Source: Planctomycetota bacterium
GTDB taxonomy: Bacteria; Planctomycetota; UBA1135; GCA-002686595
Reading direction: 5' to 3'
Assembly: GCA_044228975.1 (NCBI GenBank)
Contig: JBGATX010000002.1
Span: 31,122-95,121, forward strand
DNA: 64,000 nt
Every line of letters starts with the position of its first letter. Position 1 is the first letter of the stretch. Made by a program: the position numbers and the translations under genes. Below, in pieces: positions 55,831 to 64,000 of this stretch. A model generated the notes under the pieces. It saw only the letters and a list, made by a program, of their open reading frames with translations, was not told where the DNA came from and made no database searches.

Positions 55831-57444
55831 TCAGCCGTCCTTCCTGCGCAGCACCGCGAGGTTGAGCACCGGGTCGCGCACGAGCACGTCGAAGCGCGCC
55901 AGGTACTGCGGATCGGTCGTGAAATCGGGCTGGCGCATCCAGTCGACGAGGTAGCGGATCGGCTTGCCGAGCACGTAGCTCGGCACCGCATCCGCATTGC
56001 GCGCGACGAAAGCCTCGGGGTTCACCTTGCCGTCGAGGTTGATCGTGCGGTCGTGGAAGTAGCCGACGGTGCCCGTCTGGAACGCCCCGATCCATTCGTC
56101 GTCGCGCACGTTGCGCTCGACCCACTCGACGCACTGGAAGTGCATGTGCTCGTTGCCGTGCCGCCACAGGCGCACGTTCGGATAGAGCACGAGCGCGAGC
56201 AGCGCGAGCGCGGCGCTCATACGCGCCGCCGGCCGCAGCGCGACCGGCATCCGTTCGAGCACTTCGAGCGCCGCGGCGGCCCACAGGAGCGCGAGCGGCG
56301 CCGCGAGCGGGAAGAGATAGCGCGTCAGGAAGTACGGCACGCCGAAGAAGAGCCCGTAGTACCCGCACAGGCCGAGCGCGTACACGACGAACACCGCGAC
56401 GAACGCGAAGCGCCGAGCGTCGCCGCGTCGCGCTGCGCGCAACGCGAGCGCGAGCGCACCGAGCGCGAGAAGCGCACCAGCGACGACGACCATCGGATGG
56501 CGCTCGAGCGCGAGCGGGATCGGCACCACCGCCAGCGCGTACTCGCTCAAGCTCGCCGGCAGCTGCGCGAGGTTCGACCCGAACCCCTCCGCGAACGAGG
56601 CTTCCGCGCGGCCGCTGACCGGCACGATGCTCCCGAAACGCACGTGGTTGAAGATCAGCCACGGAGAAGCGACGGCGATCGAAGCCAGACCGGCGAGACA
56701 CGCCTCGACGAGGCTCGCGCGCGCGAGCTGCAAGCGTCTTGCCGGTCCGAGCAGCGCGCGCAGCACGCACACCGCCGCGATCAGGAACACGGCGTCGTTG
56801 CGCACCCAGAAGAGGACCCCGAGCGCCGCGCCGAGCCCGAGCGCGCGACGCACGCCCCAACGCTCGAAGGGATCGCCGCTCCTGCCGAGCAGCGCGTGCA
56901 GGAAGAGCATCACCCCGACGGCGTACGCGCCGGTCTCGAGGCAGTTCATCGTGTGCATCACGCCGAGCACGCTCGCGAACCACACCCCGCAGGCGAGCGC
57001 CGCCGTGGCCCGCGCCCCTTCGCCGAGCGCGCGCAGCGCCGTCGCGTACACGACCCAGGCGCCGGCGCAGGCGACGAGGAGCTCGAAGACGAGCGCGAAC
57101 ACCACGCCCGCGATGCGATCACCGCCGGCGAGCCAATGGCCCGCCGCGAAGACGAAGGAGATCAGGGGCTGCGTGCCATTCGTCGCGATCGTGCCGTCGG
57201 CCGTGCTCAGCCCGTGACCGAGCGCCAGATTGCGCGCGATCGTGAGCATCAGATAGCCGTCCTCGCTCGGGAACTGTCGCAGCAGCCGCTGCTCGCCGGC
57301 GAGCAGCGGAGCGACGCGCGCGAGCAGACCGATCGCGAGCAGCGCCGCGGCGAGCAGCCACACGCCGCGCAGCGATGCATGCGCCCCGGCATGCCGCGCC
57401 TGCGCGACCTGCGCGCGCGCGTGTGTGCCCATCGGTTCGCTCAT
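55831..57444 (-). CDS. GT-C-fold polytopic membrane glycosyltransferase (ArnT/PMT-like)
   Basis: 537 aa with more than 10 predicted TM helices, a first-loop acidic motif (SEDGYLMLTIARNLALGHG), and a soluble C-terminal domain. First gene of the minus-strand operon. Confidence 0.7.
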   Translation of the reverse strand: MSEPMGTHARAQVAQARHAGAHASLRGVWLLAAALLAIGLLARVAPLLAGEQRLLRQFPSEDGYLMLTIARNLALGHGLSTADGTIATNGTQPLISFVFAAGHWLAGGDRIAGVVFALVFELLVACAGAWVVYATALRALGEGARATAALACGVWFASVLGVMHTMNCLETGAYAVGVMLFLHALLGRSGDPFERWGVRRALGLGAALGVLFWVRNDAVFLIAAVCVLRALLGPARRLQLARASLVEACLAGLASIAVASPWLIFNHVRFGSIVPVSGRAEASFAEGFGSNLAQLPASLSEYALAVVPIPLALERHPMVVVAGALLALGALALALRAARRGDARRFAFVAVFVVYALGLCGYYGLFFGVPYFLTRYLFPLAAPLALLWAAAALEVLERMPVALRPAARMSAALALLALVLYPNVRLWRHGNEHMHFQCVEWVERNVRDDEWIGAFQTGTVGYFHDRTINLDGKVNPEAFVARNADAVPSYVLGKPIRYLVDWMRQPDFTTDPQYLARFDVLVRDPVLNLAVLRRKDG

Positions 57445-57831
57445 GGCTGCGAGAAGGAGCCGGCCTGCGAAGCTCGCGTCCGGGACGGGAACCCGTGGGC
57501 ATGGCAGTCGACGTTACAAGGTACGTCGCTCGGCGACGAGCCGCCAACCCGCGCTCCGTGGTACTCGCGCCGAGGAACGTACGCGCGTGCATTTATTTCT
57601 CGGCGCGCGCACGACGACCTCGGAGGGATGCGTGAGCGTCGTTCGCCGACGACGCGTGTCGCAGCGCGCAGCCGCGCTGCTTGGCCCGAGCGTTCGCAAC
57701 GCGGTACGCTCACGGTGAAGTCGCGGAGCCGCACGGGATGCGACGGGCGACGCCATGCGCCCGATGCCCCCTCCCCGAGTCCGCCGCGGTTGCGTTCGCG
57801 ACGTGCCGCCGGCGGACGCACGCGCTGAGTC

Positions 57832-60800
57832 ATGAGCCCGTCCTCGAGCCCGGCCAACCCGCCGAGCGGCGTCCCCGCATCGGCTTCGTTCGACGTCGCC
57901 GTCGTCGGGATCGCGCTCCATCTGCCGGGCGCGCGCAACGCGCGGGAGTACTGGAAGAACTTGCGCGGTGGCGTCGAATCCGTGCGCGATCTCACCGACG
58001 AGGAGCTGCTCGCCGCGGGCGTCTCGCGCGAGGCGCTCGCGCAGCCGAACTACGTGCGCCGCTCGGCCGTGCTCGAGGGACTCGCCGACTTCGACGCGGG
58101 CTTCTTCGGCTTCAGTCCGAAGGACGCGGCGATCACGGATCCGCAGCACCGGCGCTTCCTCGAATGCTGCTGGGAAGCGCTCGAGGACGCCGCGCATCCG
58201 CCCGAGAGCTTCGCCGGTCCGATCGGCGTCTTCGCGGGCTCGGGCATGTCGGCCTACATGGCCTTCAACATCCTCTCGAACCGCGAGCTCGTCGATTCGG
58301 TCGGCCTGTTCCTCCTGCGCCACACGGGCAACGACAAGGACTTCCTCACGACGCGCGTCTCGTACTGCCTCGACCTGCAGGGTCCGAGCGTCAACGTGCA
58401 GACGGCGTGCTCGACGTCGCTCGTCGCGGTGCACATGGCGTGTCAGAGCCTGCTCAGCGGCGAGTGCGACATGGCGCTCGCCGGTGGTGTCACGATCACG
58501 CTGCCGCACGGCCGCGGCTACCTCTACCACGAGAACGAGATCCTCGCGGCCGACGGCGTGTGCCGGCCGTTCGACGCGCGCTCGGGCGGCACCGTGTTCA
58601 GCAGCGGAGCGGGTGTCGTCGTGCTGCGCCGACTCTCCGACGCGCTCGCCGACGGCGACCACATCTACGCCGTGATCAAGGGCTCGGCGATCAACAACGA
58701 CGGCGCGCGCAAGGTCGGCTACCTCGCGCCGAGCGTGCCCGGACAGGCGCGCGCGATCGCCGAGGCGCTCGCGGTGTCGGGCGTCGAGCCGCGTTCGATC
58801 GGCTACGTCGAAGCGCACGGCACGGCGACGCCCGTCGGCGATCCGATCGAGATCGCGGCGCTGACGCAGGCCTTCCGCACCGGCACGGACGAGCGCGGCT
58901 TCTGCGCCGTCGGCTCGGTCAAGGGCAACATCGGCCACGCCGACACGGCCGCCGGTGTCGCGAGCTTCATCAAGGTCGCGCTCGCGCTGCAGCATCGCGA
59001 GCTCCCGCCCAGCCTGCACTTCGAGCGCCCCAACCCCGAGATCGACTTCGACGCGAGCCCGTTCTTCGTGAACGCACAGCTGCGCGAGTGGAAAGCGGGT
59101 GCTGAGCCGCGCCGCGCCGGCGTGAGCGCGCTGGGTGTCGGCGGCACGAACGCGCACGTGATCCTCGAGGAGGCGCGATCGATCGCTTCGACGAAGAGCG
59201 CGCGGCCCTTCCAGCTGCTCGTGCTCTCGGCGCGCTCGAGGAACGCGCTGGACGCGGCCTGCGCGAACTTGCGCGCGCATCTGCAGGAGCATCCCGAGCT
59301 GGAATTCGCCGACGTCGCCTGGACGCTGCAAGCCGGTCGGCGCGCCTTTCCCTGGCGCCGCACGCTCGTGTGCCGCGACGCGGCCGACGCGCTGCGCGTG
59401 CTCGGCTCGAGCGAGCGCGCCGACCTCGAGCGCCTGCGCACGCATGACGCGGGCAGCGCGCGCCCGACGCTCGTCTACATGCTGCCCGGCGGTGGCGCGC
59501 AGCACCCGCGCATGGCGCGCGACCTGTACGCGCAAGCGGGCGTCTTCCGGCGCGAGGTCGATCGCTGCCTCGCGCTGCTCGCACCCGAGCTCGCCAGCGC
59601 GATCTTGCGCGCGATCCAGACTCCCGACGGCGAGCTCGAAGCCGTCGCGCGCGAGCTCGAGCGTCCGTCGATCCAGCTCCCGGCACTGTTCGTGATCGAG
59701 TACGCGCTGGCGCGCCAGTGGAGCGAGCTCGGTCTCGAGCCCGCCGCGCTGATCGGTCACAGCATGGGCGAGAACACCGCCGCCTGCCTCGCGGGCGTGA
59801 TCTCGCTCGCCGATGCGCTCGGTCTCGTCGCCTTGCGCGGCCGGCTGTTCGAGCGCGTCGAAACCGGCGCGATGCTCGCGGTGCAACTGCCGGCCGCGGA
59901 GCTCGTGCCCTTGCTCGGTGAAGGTCTGGCGCTCGCCGCGAGCAACGCTCCCGCGCTCTCGGTCGCGTCGGGCACGCGCGCGGGCATCGAGGAGCTCGAG
60001 CGCTCGCTCGGCGCGCGCGGCGTCGAGCACTCGCGCATCCACATCCAGATCGCGGCGCACAGCGCGCTGCTCGAGCCGATCCTGCCCGAGTTCCGCGCCT
60101 ACCTGCAGCGCATCCAGCTCTCGCCGCCGCGCATCCCCTTCGTCTCGAACCTGACCGGCACGTGGATCACGAGCGAGCAGGCCGTCGACGCCGAGTACTG
60201 GGTGCAGCACCTGCGCCGCACCGTGCGCTTCTCCGACGGCGTGCGCACGCTGCTGCAGGATCCCGAGCGCGTGCTGCTCGAGGTCGGGCCGGGCAACACG
60301 CTGTGCTCGCTCGCGCGCGCGCACGGCAACGCGTCGCTCGCGCCGCGCATCGTGCCTTCGCTGCGCCACCGCGACGAAGCGGTCGACGATCGCGCCTTCG
60401 CGCTCGAGGTGCTCGGTCGCCTGTGGCTCGCGGGCTTGAAGCCGAACTGGAGCGCGTTGCACGCCGGCGAGAACCGCCAGCGCGTCTCGCTCCCGACCTA
60501 TCCGTTCGAGCGCCAGCGCTATTGGATCGAGCCCTCGCGCCGCGAGCCCGACGCGAGCGAGCATGCGCGCGGCCTCGAACGGCTCGACGATCTCTCGCGC
60601 TGGTTCCAGCGCCCGGCGTGGCGGCGCGACGACCTCGCCGGCGCGCCCGCGGCCAAGGATCTGCGCTGGCTGCTGTTCGCCGACGCCGGCGGCTTCGCGG
60701 AGGCGCTCGCGGCGCAACTGCGTTCGCAGGGCGCGCGCGTGCTCCTGGCGTTCTCGGGCGAACGCTTCGAGCGCCTCGGCGACGACGTGTACACGCTCTC

Positions 60801-63800
60801 GCCGCAGGACGCGGAGGGCTACGTCGCGCTCCTCGACGATCTGCGCGCGCGGGAGCTCCTGCCCGAGCGCATCGTGCACTGCTGGATGGTCACGCACAGC
60901 GACGCGACCGAGGTCACGACGACCTTCTTCCACTGGATCCAGGAGCACGGCTTCTACAGCCTGCTCTTCCTGTCGCAGGCGCTCGGCGCGGTCGAGCGCG
61001 CCGCGCCCGTGCACCTGACCGTCGTGTCGAACGGCATGCAGGCGCTGGAGGGCGAGACCCTCGCGCATCCGGCGAAAGCCGTCGTGCTCGGCCCGTGCCT
61101 CGTCGCGCCGCGCGAGCTGGAGCGCTTGACGTGCTCGAGCGTCGACATCGACGTGCCGATCGAGGCCCGCGCGCGCCGCGGACGCATCGAGATCGACGCG
61201 CAGCTCGTCCTGGACGTCGCGCGCGAGGCCACGGCCGCGCGCGCGGGCGCGATCGTCGCCCTGCGGCGCGGCGTGCGCCACGTGCAGCTCTTCGAGCCCG
61301 CTCCGTTGAGCGCGGCGACGACGAACACAGCGCCGCCGAGTGTGCCGTCGGCGAATGCTTCGCCGATCCGGCCGCGGGGCACGTACCTGATCACCGGCGG
61401 TCTCGGAGGCATCGGTCTCTCGATCGCGGCGCACCTCGCCCGCACGGCGCAAGCGCGACTCGTCCTGCTCGCGCGCGCCGAGCTGCCGCCGCGCGAGCGC
61501 TGGAACGAGTGGTTGAAGCGCGACGGCGATCGCGGCGCTCCCGCGGGCACGCGCCGGCGCATCCGCGACGTGCTCGCGCTCGAGGAGCTCGGCGCCGAGG
61601 TCGAAGTCGTCTCCGCCGACGTCGCGAACGTCGAGGAGCTGCGCGCCGCGCTCGCCCGCGCCCGCGCGCGTTTCGGCCCGTTGAACGGCGTGATCCACGC
61701 CGCCGGCACGATCGAGGACGGCTTGATCCAGACGCGCACGCCCGCGTCCGTCGATCGCGTCTTCACGCCCAAGGTGCACGGCACGCTGCTGCTCGACGCG
61801 GAGCTCGCAGCGGAACCGCTCGACTTCTTCGTCCTGTGCTCTTCGACGAGCGCGCAGCTCGGTCCCGCCGGACAGGTCGACTACGCCGCGGCCAACGCGT
61901 TCCTCGACGCGTTCGCCGAGCGCCGCTCGAAAGCGCGCCCCGGATTGACCGTCGCGATCGAATGGGGCGTGTGGCAGGAAGTCGGCATGGCCGCGCGTCT
62001 GACGAGCCGCGCCAACGCGACGCAGACGGATTCGGCGCGCGAGCTCGGCCACGCGCTGCTCGGCGAGCGCGTCTACGAGAGCGACGACGAGGTGATCTTC
62101 GAAGCGCGCTTCAGCCCGCGCACGCACTGGCTGCTCGACCAGCACCGCCTCGCCGACGGCACGGCCGTCGTCCCGGGCACGGGCTTCCTCGAGATGGCGC
62201 GCGCGGCGGTGGAGAGCTTCTGCGGCGCGAGCGCGTGCGAGTTGCGCGACGTCTCCTTCGTCGCGCCGCTCGCGGTCGCCGACGACGGCGAGCGCAGCGT
62301 GCGCGTGCGACTGCGGCGCGAGGAGCGCGGCCTCGAGTTCCAGATCGCGAGCTGCGACGAAGCCGACGGCGGCGCGAAGCGCTGGACCTTGCACGCTCAA
62401 GGCGGCGCGCGCGTGCTCGAGACCGCGGCGCCCGCGCGACCGGTGCTCAACGGCCTGCTCGATCGCCTCGAGCGCGCCGACGAAGCGCGCGAGAAGGCCG
62501 GGCCGCAGATGGCGCACCTGCGCTTCGGCGAACGCTGGCGCGTGCTGCACCGCGCGGTGTTCGGAGCGAGCGAGGCGCTGGCGCTGCTCGAGCTGCCCGC
62601 GGCGTTCCAAGGAGATCTCGACGACTACGCGCTGCATCCGGCGCTGCTCGATCTCGCGACGGGTTTCGCGCTGCCGCTCGCACGCGGCAGCGGTCCGTCG
62701 ACCGCGCTCTACGCGCCGATCGCCTACGGCAGCGTGCGCGTGCACCGCGCGCTGCCGCGGCGCGTGCTCAGCCACGTGCGCCTCGCCAGCGCGCCGCAGT
62801 CCGACGCGGAGATCGCGCAATTCGACGTGGCGATCTCGGACGAGAGCGGCGCGCTGCTCGTCGAGGTGCAGGGCTTCACCGTGCGCCGTTTGAGCGGCGC
62901 GCTGAAGCTCACGGGCGCCAACGATCGCCGTCCGCGCGCCGCCGGCGATGCGAGCGCGCACGAGACGCGTCCGAGCCCGCTCGCGAGGCTCGTCGGCGCC
63001 GGCATCAAGCCCGCCGAAGGCGTCGAGGCGTTCGCGCGCGTGCTCGCGGCGCGCGCCGGCCCGCGCATCGTCGTCTCGTCGATCGAGCTCGCGGCTCTGC
63101 GCGCGGAGCTCGACGGGCAGGGCTCCGCGAGCCCGTCGGGTTCCTCCGAGGCGCAGTTTGCCCGTCCCGAGCTCGCCTCGAGCTACGTCGCGCCGCGCGA
63201 CGAGATCGAGCGCAAGCTCGCGGCGATGTGGCAGGAGCTCCTGGGCATCGATCGCGTCGGCATCCACGACAACTTCTTCGATCTCGGAGGCTACTCGCTC
63301 GTGGCCGTGCGCCTGTTCGCGCAGGTGCGGCGCGTGTGGAAGCTCGAGTTCGCCCTCGCGGTGCTGTTCGAGGCGTCGACGATCGAGGCGCTCGCGGCGC
63401 GCATCCGCGGCGAGCTCGGCGAGACGCGCGCTCCCGAGCACGCGCGCGGCCCGCGCCTGCCGTTCCTCGTGCCGTTGCACCCGGGCAAGCGCGGCACGCG
63501 CCGGCCGTTCTTCCTCGTCGCCGGCATGTACGGCAACGTGATGAACCTGCGCCATCTCGCGGGACATCTCGGCGCCGAGCAGCCGCTCTACGGCATCCAG
63601 GCGCGCGGTCTCGACGGCAAGGAGGAGCCGCACGCGACCTTCGAGGAGATGGCCGCCGACTACCTGAAGGACGTGCGCGCGCTGCAACCCGCGGGTCCGT
63701 ACCTGATCGGCGGCTATTCCGGCGGAGGCATCACCGCCTATGAAATGGCGCGCCAGCTCGTCGCCGCGGGCGAGAAGGTCGCGCTGCTCGTGTTCCTCGA

Positions 63801-64000
63801 CACGCCGGTGCCGCTCGAGCCGCCGCTCTCGCCCGAGAAGCGCATGCGCCTCATGCGCCAGCGTCTCGCGCGCCAGGGCCTGGGCTTCTTCACCGACGCG
63901 CTGCGCCGCAAGCTCGCGCAGAAGCGGCGCGAGCTCCGGCTGCTCGTCAGCAAGCCGATGACGAAGCTGCGTCCGTTCGAGTACGTCACCGAGCGCATCG
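57832..64000 (+). CDS. type I polyketide synthase, single module KS-AT-KR-DH-carrier-TE (3' end beyond the window)
   Basis: Not in the track because it has no stop. In-frame TGA at 57826, then ATG 57832. My translation: KS (TACSTSLVAVH, EAHGTATPVGDP, KGNIGHADTAAG; about 57890-59175), AT (GHSMGE; about 59465-60300), KR (TYLITGGLGGIG at 61381, YAAANAF), DH (HWLLDQHRLADGTAVVPGTGFLEM at about 62125), carrier (DNFFDLGGYSL at about 63270), and TE (GGYSGGG at about 63710). Confidence 0.9.
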   Translation, partial: MSPSSSPANPPSGVPASASFDVAVVGIALHLPGARNAREYWKNLRGGVESVRDLTDEELLAAGVSREALAQPNYVRRSAVLEGLADFDAGFFGFSPKDAAITDPQHRRFLECCWEALEDAAHPPESFAGPIGVFAGSGMSAYMAFNILSNRELVDSVGLFLLRHTGNDKDFLTTRVSYCLDLQGPSVNVQTACSTSLVAVHMACQSLLSGECDMALAGGVTITLPHGRGYLYHENEILAADGVCRPFDARSGGTVFSSGAGVVVLRRLSDALADGDHIYAVIKGSAINNDGARKVGYLAPSVPGQARAIAEALAVSGVEPRSIGYVEAHGTATPVGDPIEIAALTQAFRTGTDERGFCAVGSVKGNIGHADTAAGVASFIKVALALQHRELPPSLHFERPNPEIDFDASPFFVNAQLREWKAGAEPRRAGVSALGVGGTNAHVILEEARSIASTKSARPFQLLVLSARSRNALDAACANLRAHLQEHPELEFADVAWTLQAGRRAFPWRRTLVCRDAADALRVLGSSERADLERLRTHDAGSARPTLVYMLPGGGAQHPRMARDLYAQAGVFRREVDRCLALLAPELASAILRAIQTPDGELEAVARELERPSIQLPALFVIEYALARQWSELGLEPAALIGHSMGENTAACLAGVISLADALGLVALRGRLFERVETGAMLAVQLPAAELVPLLGEGLALAASNAPALSVASGTRAGIEELERSLGARGVEHSRIHIQIAAHSALLEPILPEFRAYLQRIQLSPPRIPFVSNLTGTWITSEQAVDAEYWVQHLRRTVRFSDGVRTLLQDPERVLLEVGPGNTLCSLARAHGNASLAPRIVPSLRHRDEAVDDRAFALEVLGRLWLAGLKPNWSALHAGENRQRVSLPTYPFERQRYWIEPSRREPDASEHARGLERLDDLSRWFQRPAWRRDDLAGAPAAKDLRWLLFADAGGFAEALAAQLRSQGARVLLAFSGERFERLGDDVYTLSPQDAEGYVALLDDLRARELLPERIVHCWMVTHSDATEVTTTFFHWIQEHGFYSLLFLSQALGAVERAAPVHLTVVSNGMQALEGETLAHPAKAVVLGPCLVAPRELERLTCSSVDIDVPIEARARRGRIEIDAQLVLDVAREATAARAGAIVALRRGVRHVQLFEPAPLSAATTNTAPPSVPSANASPIRPRGTYLITGGLGGIGLSIAAHLARTAQARLVLLARAELPPRERWNEWLKRDGDRGAPAGTRRRIRDVLALEELGAEVEVVSADVANVEELRAALARARARFGPLNGVIHAAGTIEDGLIQTRTPASVDRVFTPKVHGTLLLDAELAAEPLDFFVLCSSTSAQLGPAGQVDYAAANAFLDAFAERRSKARPGLTVAIEWGVWQEVGMAARLTSRANATQTDSARELGHALLGERVYESDDEVIFEARFSPRTHWLLDQHRLADGTAVVPGTGFLEMARAAVESFCGASACELRDVSFVAPLAVADDGERSVRVRLRREERGLEFQIASCDEADGGAKRWTLHAQGGARVLETAAPARPVLNGLLDRLERADEAREKAGPQMAHLRFGERWRVLHRAVFGASEALALLELPAAFQGDLDDYALHPALLDLATGFALPLARGSGPSTALYAPIAYGSVRVHRALPRRVLSHVRLASAPQSDAEIAQFDVAISDESGALLVEVQGFTVRRLSGALKLTGANDRRPRAAGDASAHETRPSPLARLVGAGIKPAEGVEAFARVLAARAGPRIVVSSIELAALRAELDGQGSASPSGSSEAQFARPELASSYVAPRDEIERKLAAMWQELLGIDRVGIHDNFFDLGGYSLVAVRLFAQVRRVWKLEFALAVLFEASTIEALAARIRGELGETRAPEHARGPRLPFLVPLHPGKRGTRRPFFLVAGMYGNVMNLRHLAGHLGAEQPLYGIQARGLDGKEEPHATFEEMAADYLKDVRALQPAGPYLIGGYSGGGITAYEMARQLVAAGEKVALLVFLDTPVPLEPPLSPEKRMRLMRQRLARQGLGFFTDALRRKLAQKRRELRLLVSKPMTKLRPFEYVTERI

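Noticed and set aside
57514-63687. 2057-aa ORF on the minus strand, the longest in the track
   Set aside because: Arg/Ala/Glu-rich low-complexity translation with no motifs. It lies exactly antisense to the plus-strand PKS, whose KS/AT/KR/DH/carrier/TE motifs are unambiguous. This is a typical GC-rich shadow ORF. The same applies to 60162..63743 (+), an out-of-frame shadow.
1-64000. Search for mobile elements, prophage genes, toxin-antitoxin pairs and known defence systems
   Set aside because: I recognised no transposase, integrase, recombinase, phage structural gene, restriction-modification, Cas, or other defence hallmark motifs in any frame. The absence is based on motif reading only, not on HMM searches.

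Overview
This is a very GC-rich bacterial chromosomal segment (roughly 70% or more by eye). All six frames stay open for kilobases, so most long ORFs in the track are antisense or out-of-frame shadows. I called genes only where family motifs, signal peptides or start/stop coupling supported them. All family assignments come from motif recognition, because no database search was possible. The gene content suggests Myxococcota, which is an inference: several ECF sigma factors, Hanks kinases, a giant TPR protein, many lipoproteins, and PKS/NRPS with a monooxygenase-interrupted A domain.

Layout:
- 0-9.3 kb: housekeeping and envelope genes (recD2 fragment, rpsU, rluD, exbBD, a secreted PLD coupled to a polytopic protein, a hydrolase/thioesterase pair, an orphan ABC ATPase).
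- 9.4-16 kb: a minus-strand block with a membrane-tethered ECF sigma fusion, a methyltransferase and an EPS-type GT4.
- 16.3-23.6 kb: an ECF sigma / Ser-Thr kinase pair bracketed by two proteins that share a Cys-rich CPCGNNG domain.
- 23.6-44.3 kb: core genes (prmA, a dinG-like helicase, topA, ldh, a kinase-like gene, an archaeal-type map, a PQQ propeller, an HExxH protein, mutS, and a COG3014/YcfL/LpoB-like lipoprotein trio).
- 44.45-45.47 kb: a non-coding tandem array of hairpin-bearing repeats.
- 45.5-64 kb: a divergent biosynthetic locus. The minus-strand operon runs GT-C / SGNH / AsnB / GT2 / GT26 / Sfp-type PPTase / NRPS C-A(monooxygenase)-PCP. The NRPS carries two frameshifts and the GT2 carries a compensated indel pair. 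It faces a plus-strand single-module PKS (KS-AT-KR-DH-T-TE) that runs off the right edge.

I recognised no rRNA, tRNA, CRISPR array, transposase, integrase or known defence genes.
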